Source of the DNA: Guillardia theta CCMP2712
Lineage: Eukaryota > Protista > Cryptophyta
Direction: 5' to 3'
NCBI RefSeq assembly: GCF_000315625.1
Contig: NW_005434651.1
Coordinates: 540,045 to 604,044 of the forward strand
DNA: 64,000 nt
Under the pieces are notes generated by a model, which made no database searches, was not told the origin of the DNA, and saw only the letters and a program-made list of their open reading frames with translations. Made by a program: the position numbers and the translations under genes. Shown in pieces: positions 61,464 through 64,000 of this stretch (positions are counted from its first letter, which is position 1; each line of letters starts with the position of its first letter).

Positions 61464-62141
61464 TCACACTCCCTCGCTCTGCTCCCTCCTGGTGGATGTC
61501 AGCCTGGTCCGCCTCACGTCTACCCCGCTCCTCTGCGCCGTCGCCTGCTTCAGCTTCCGCACGCTCTCCGGCCTCAGGATCTTGGAGATCGCCGACCGGC
61601 TCCGGCCGAAGATCGCCGCGATCTCCGTCTGGCTCATCCATGTCGTGGTCTCGTAGAGCTCGATGATCTCCAGCTTCTGCATGAGCGACAGCTTGGACTT
61701 GCCGTGACAAGCCTTGCTGTGCGCTCCCCGCTCCTCCTCCGTCCAGGCTCGCCTCTTGCGGGGCCCGACAAGGCCGTCCAAGTCCGTGAGGGCGGCGACA
61801 AGCCCCGGGGCTTCCTCCGCTCCCCCTCCCCGATCCGGCTCGGCCGCTGACGGCTCCAGCGGCTCCAGCCAGCAGCAGCTCTCAAACTCCTCTCCGCCCC
61901 CTCCCCACTCCTTGTCCGACCATCTCAGGCTCAGGCTGCTCGCCTCGGGCCCCGAGCTCGCCGGCGACGAGGGCGTGTGAGGAGCCTCCTCGGACTCGGA
62001 AGGAGTGCCGATCAGGTCCCAAGCATCGAGAGGCCATCGGTGATAGGACAGTCGGAGCAGGTCGTCGTCCTCCGGCTCCGGAAGCAGAGCGGCAGCGAGC
62101 TCGGAGGAGGAGGGAGCACGTGTGAGGCTGCAGGGGTCCAT
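61464..62141 (-). CDS. HTH protein, copy 6
   Basis: Different first residues (MDPCSLT) and QRSG instead of QRGG. Upstream region is diverged. Confidence 0.8.
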   Translation of the reverse strand: MDPCSLTRAPSSSELAAALLPEPEDDDLLRLSYHRWPLDAWDLIGTPSESEEAPHTPSSPASSGPEASSLSLRWSDKEWGGGGEEFESCCWLEPLEPSAAEPDRGGGAEEAPGLVAALTDLDGLVGPRKRRAWTEEERGAHSKACHGKSKLSLMQKLEIIELYETTTWMSQTEIAAIFGRSRSAISKILRPESVRKLKQATAQRSGVDVRRTRLTSTRREQSEGV

Positions 62142-62459
62142 GCTGGGTTAGGGTTGGCTGTGGCTGAGGTCGATTATATAGACCAACAGATTTTTTTTAA
62201 AAATTGGTTTTGAAAGGCGCTTGCAGGCAGTCACGTCACCTTCGGAGGCCATGCTTGTGGGCGCCTACCCCCTACCCCCGCTCCGTCCTTATGATCTACC
62301 GGTCTGCTGTTGCCGTATGGGGATAACGATTTATGGCTTGTTTACTACAAGGCGACACAGAAAGTTGCCGCTAAAATGACTTGTAGTACACTGAGTGGAT
62401 GCTGACAGCACTCACTTATCTTTCTGGTTCATGGGCAAAAAAAAAGGTACGTTGACTTC

Positions 62460-62960
62460 AATGGTGGCCGCATCGCCCGGGGGACAGTCGGGGATCATGT
62501 GGGTCGGACAACTAATCAATAATGATCGGGAGGCTCCGAGTTGTCCGGCCCGGGGCGAAGTGGACACCGGCCCGGCGAGAGACGGTCAGTGGTCATTGGA
62601 GGCTCATAACCTTGTGGGGTGAAAATGTTGCAGTTGAGATGTTCCGAGCGATTAGAGTGGCGGCTGATCGGATGATGGGCTGAGATCGGACTGAGTGGGC
62701 CGGGTCACCGTAACACCAGCCGAGAGTCCCGGAGTCACCGGTGCCGGCCGGGGTGAACTCGGAAGGCTTCGGCCCCACTCGCCCGGCCGGGCGCCGCCGG
62801 GGCAGTGACGGACTGACTCACCGTGTTCCGAGTCACGATTTCTAACTCTCGGAACTTGACTGACCGTCGGACGGCGACGGCGGATCTTCAAGCTGGTCAC
62901 CGTTCGCACCCAAGTTCCGAGTACCGTGACTTTCACGGTTGCCATGTTGCCGCAACAGTG
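62460..62960. promoter_or_regulatory. CCGG/GAGTC/GTGAC-rich island upstream of HTH copy 6
   Basis: Same vocabulary as the other GC islands in the window. Confidence 0.45.
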
Positions 62961-63027
62961 CAAGTACTCAGTAGTACTGGGATGACTCAGATTTGTGTTG
63001 TCTGCTGTGCATAGAAGAATCTAACTT

Positions 63028-64000
63028 CACGCTGTCCTATCAAAGCCCGGCGGTACTACCGTAGGAATGCGGCTGCCTACCCAATCGAAGAGAATGCCTG
63101 AGAGCATGGTGCTGATCTGATGAGTGTGTGTGCTTAATCAACAGTGACCCTAAGATCATCTGAGCTCAAGGTCTTACGCAAGGTTGTGAATACAACATAT
63201 GGTAGCAGCAAACTGTTGAAAGTGAAAAGATCGCGTAAGGCTCAGACCAGTGAACGAAGGATTGCAAGATCTAAGGAACAAATCTCTGATCCAACTTTAC
63301 TCCACCCAAATGTTGGAGGTAAAACAAACAATTCCGATTTCCCCGTCCTTTTTCTGTAACGAAAAATGATGATGCAATTATGCAAGCTCGACCACAGCAG
63401 GATTCCCACCCAGCTTCTGGTGCTTGCCCATGTTGTTTTACGCCTGTACCAGCACCGTCTGTCTTCGCTAAGGAGTTTCCAGCTCCGCATAGCAGTGCTT
63501 TCCGTACGGAGGGACGGATGGGAAGAAGGAAGGGTGGGTTACGTGTAATCCGACGGGATCCAGGCACTCTTACAAGTATGAGTCGAAGTACTGCTCGAAC
63601 TGCCCCATCACATTGAAATCGAAATCTTGACGGTCGGCGTTTTCTCTGATCAATGAGGTTGAGTGCCTCAGGCTCGTAGTTACCGATGCTCTAGAACATG
63701 TAGAAACTCGTTGCAGGTAGAAAAGACTTGTAAGTGTCCGCCTGAGTACTTCACAAGACAGCAGGAAGGATTCTAAATCGCCAAATCATCGTCCCAGTCA
63801 CCGACACACGCTTGTCTGCGATCATGTGGGAACATGGATAGGTACTAAGAGACTCCTACTCGCACAATCTGGATATTGCCTCCAGGATGGCATATGCTGA
63901 ATGAAGGTATCAACTTTTCTGGACCGTATGATGATGGTCAACAAAGAAGATCAGATCTCCTCAGTCAGCTCTTGATTCTTATTCGCCCACGTACATTGCA
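63028..64000 (-). CDS. 3' portion of a many-exon hypothetical gene (runs off window)
   Basis: Regular short GT..AG introns on the - strand separating coding-like exons (KKDGEIGIVCFTSNIW, ILQSFVHW, ISTMLSGILFDWVGSRIPTVVPPGFDRTA*). Confidence 0.45.

Larger units (their letters stand above)
53818..62400. repeat. Tandem array of ~1.7-1.9 kb units (five near-identical gene copies)
   Basis: ORF offsets of 1871, 1716, 1717 and 1832 bp, with near-identical sequence between units. Confidence 0.95.

Noticed and set aside
53818-62400. Autonomous pogo/Tigger transposons or LTR elements
   Set aside because: No DDE, RT or integrase coding sequence, and no TIR or TSD seen. Units are head-to-tail tandem copies.

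Overview
Eukaryotic nuclear scaffold segment: gene-dense, with many short (~35-60 nt) GT-AG introns, microsatellite- and homopurine-filled longer introns, and five N-gaps. The gene content and style suggest a cryptophyte alga such as Guillardia theta (inference: RWP-RK factor, signal peptide plus AF-type plastid presequence, flagellar CFAP45). Genes read by manual splicing, in order: prolyl-tRNA synthetase (5'-truncated), NHL-repeat protein, WD40 protein, MAK32-like PfkB kinase with a large internal insertion, BIR plus beta-helix fusion, CSN2, ankyrin protein, CFAP45, RWP-RK factor, secreted Ig/TPR-GT4 glycosyltransferase, signal peptide-TPR-SAP protein, BI-1/LFG membrane protein, NO66/RIOX-like JmjC oxygenase, alpha/beta hydrolase and TRM11. 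The last ~10 kb holds a tandem array of six CENP-B/psq-type solo HTH genes. Main candidates for novelty: (1) the HTH array, with homogenisation restricted to the DNA-binding segment; (2) two recurring non-coding vocabularies at gene 5' ends, namely GGGGT/ACCCC-studded tracts in divergent intergenic regions and CCGG/GAGTC-rich islands; (3) unusual domain architectures (PfkB with insertion and WW, BIR plus beta-helix, TRM11 lacking its catalytic core, signal-peptide-bearing nuclear-type proteins). All exon boundaries and counts were read by eye and are approximate.
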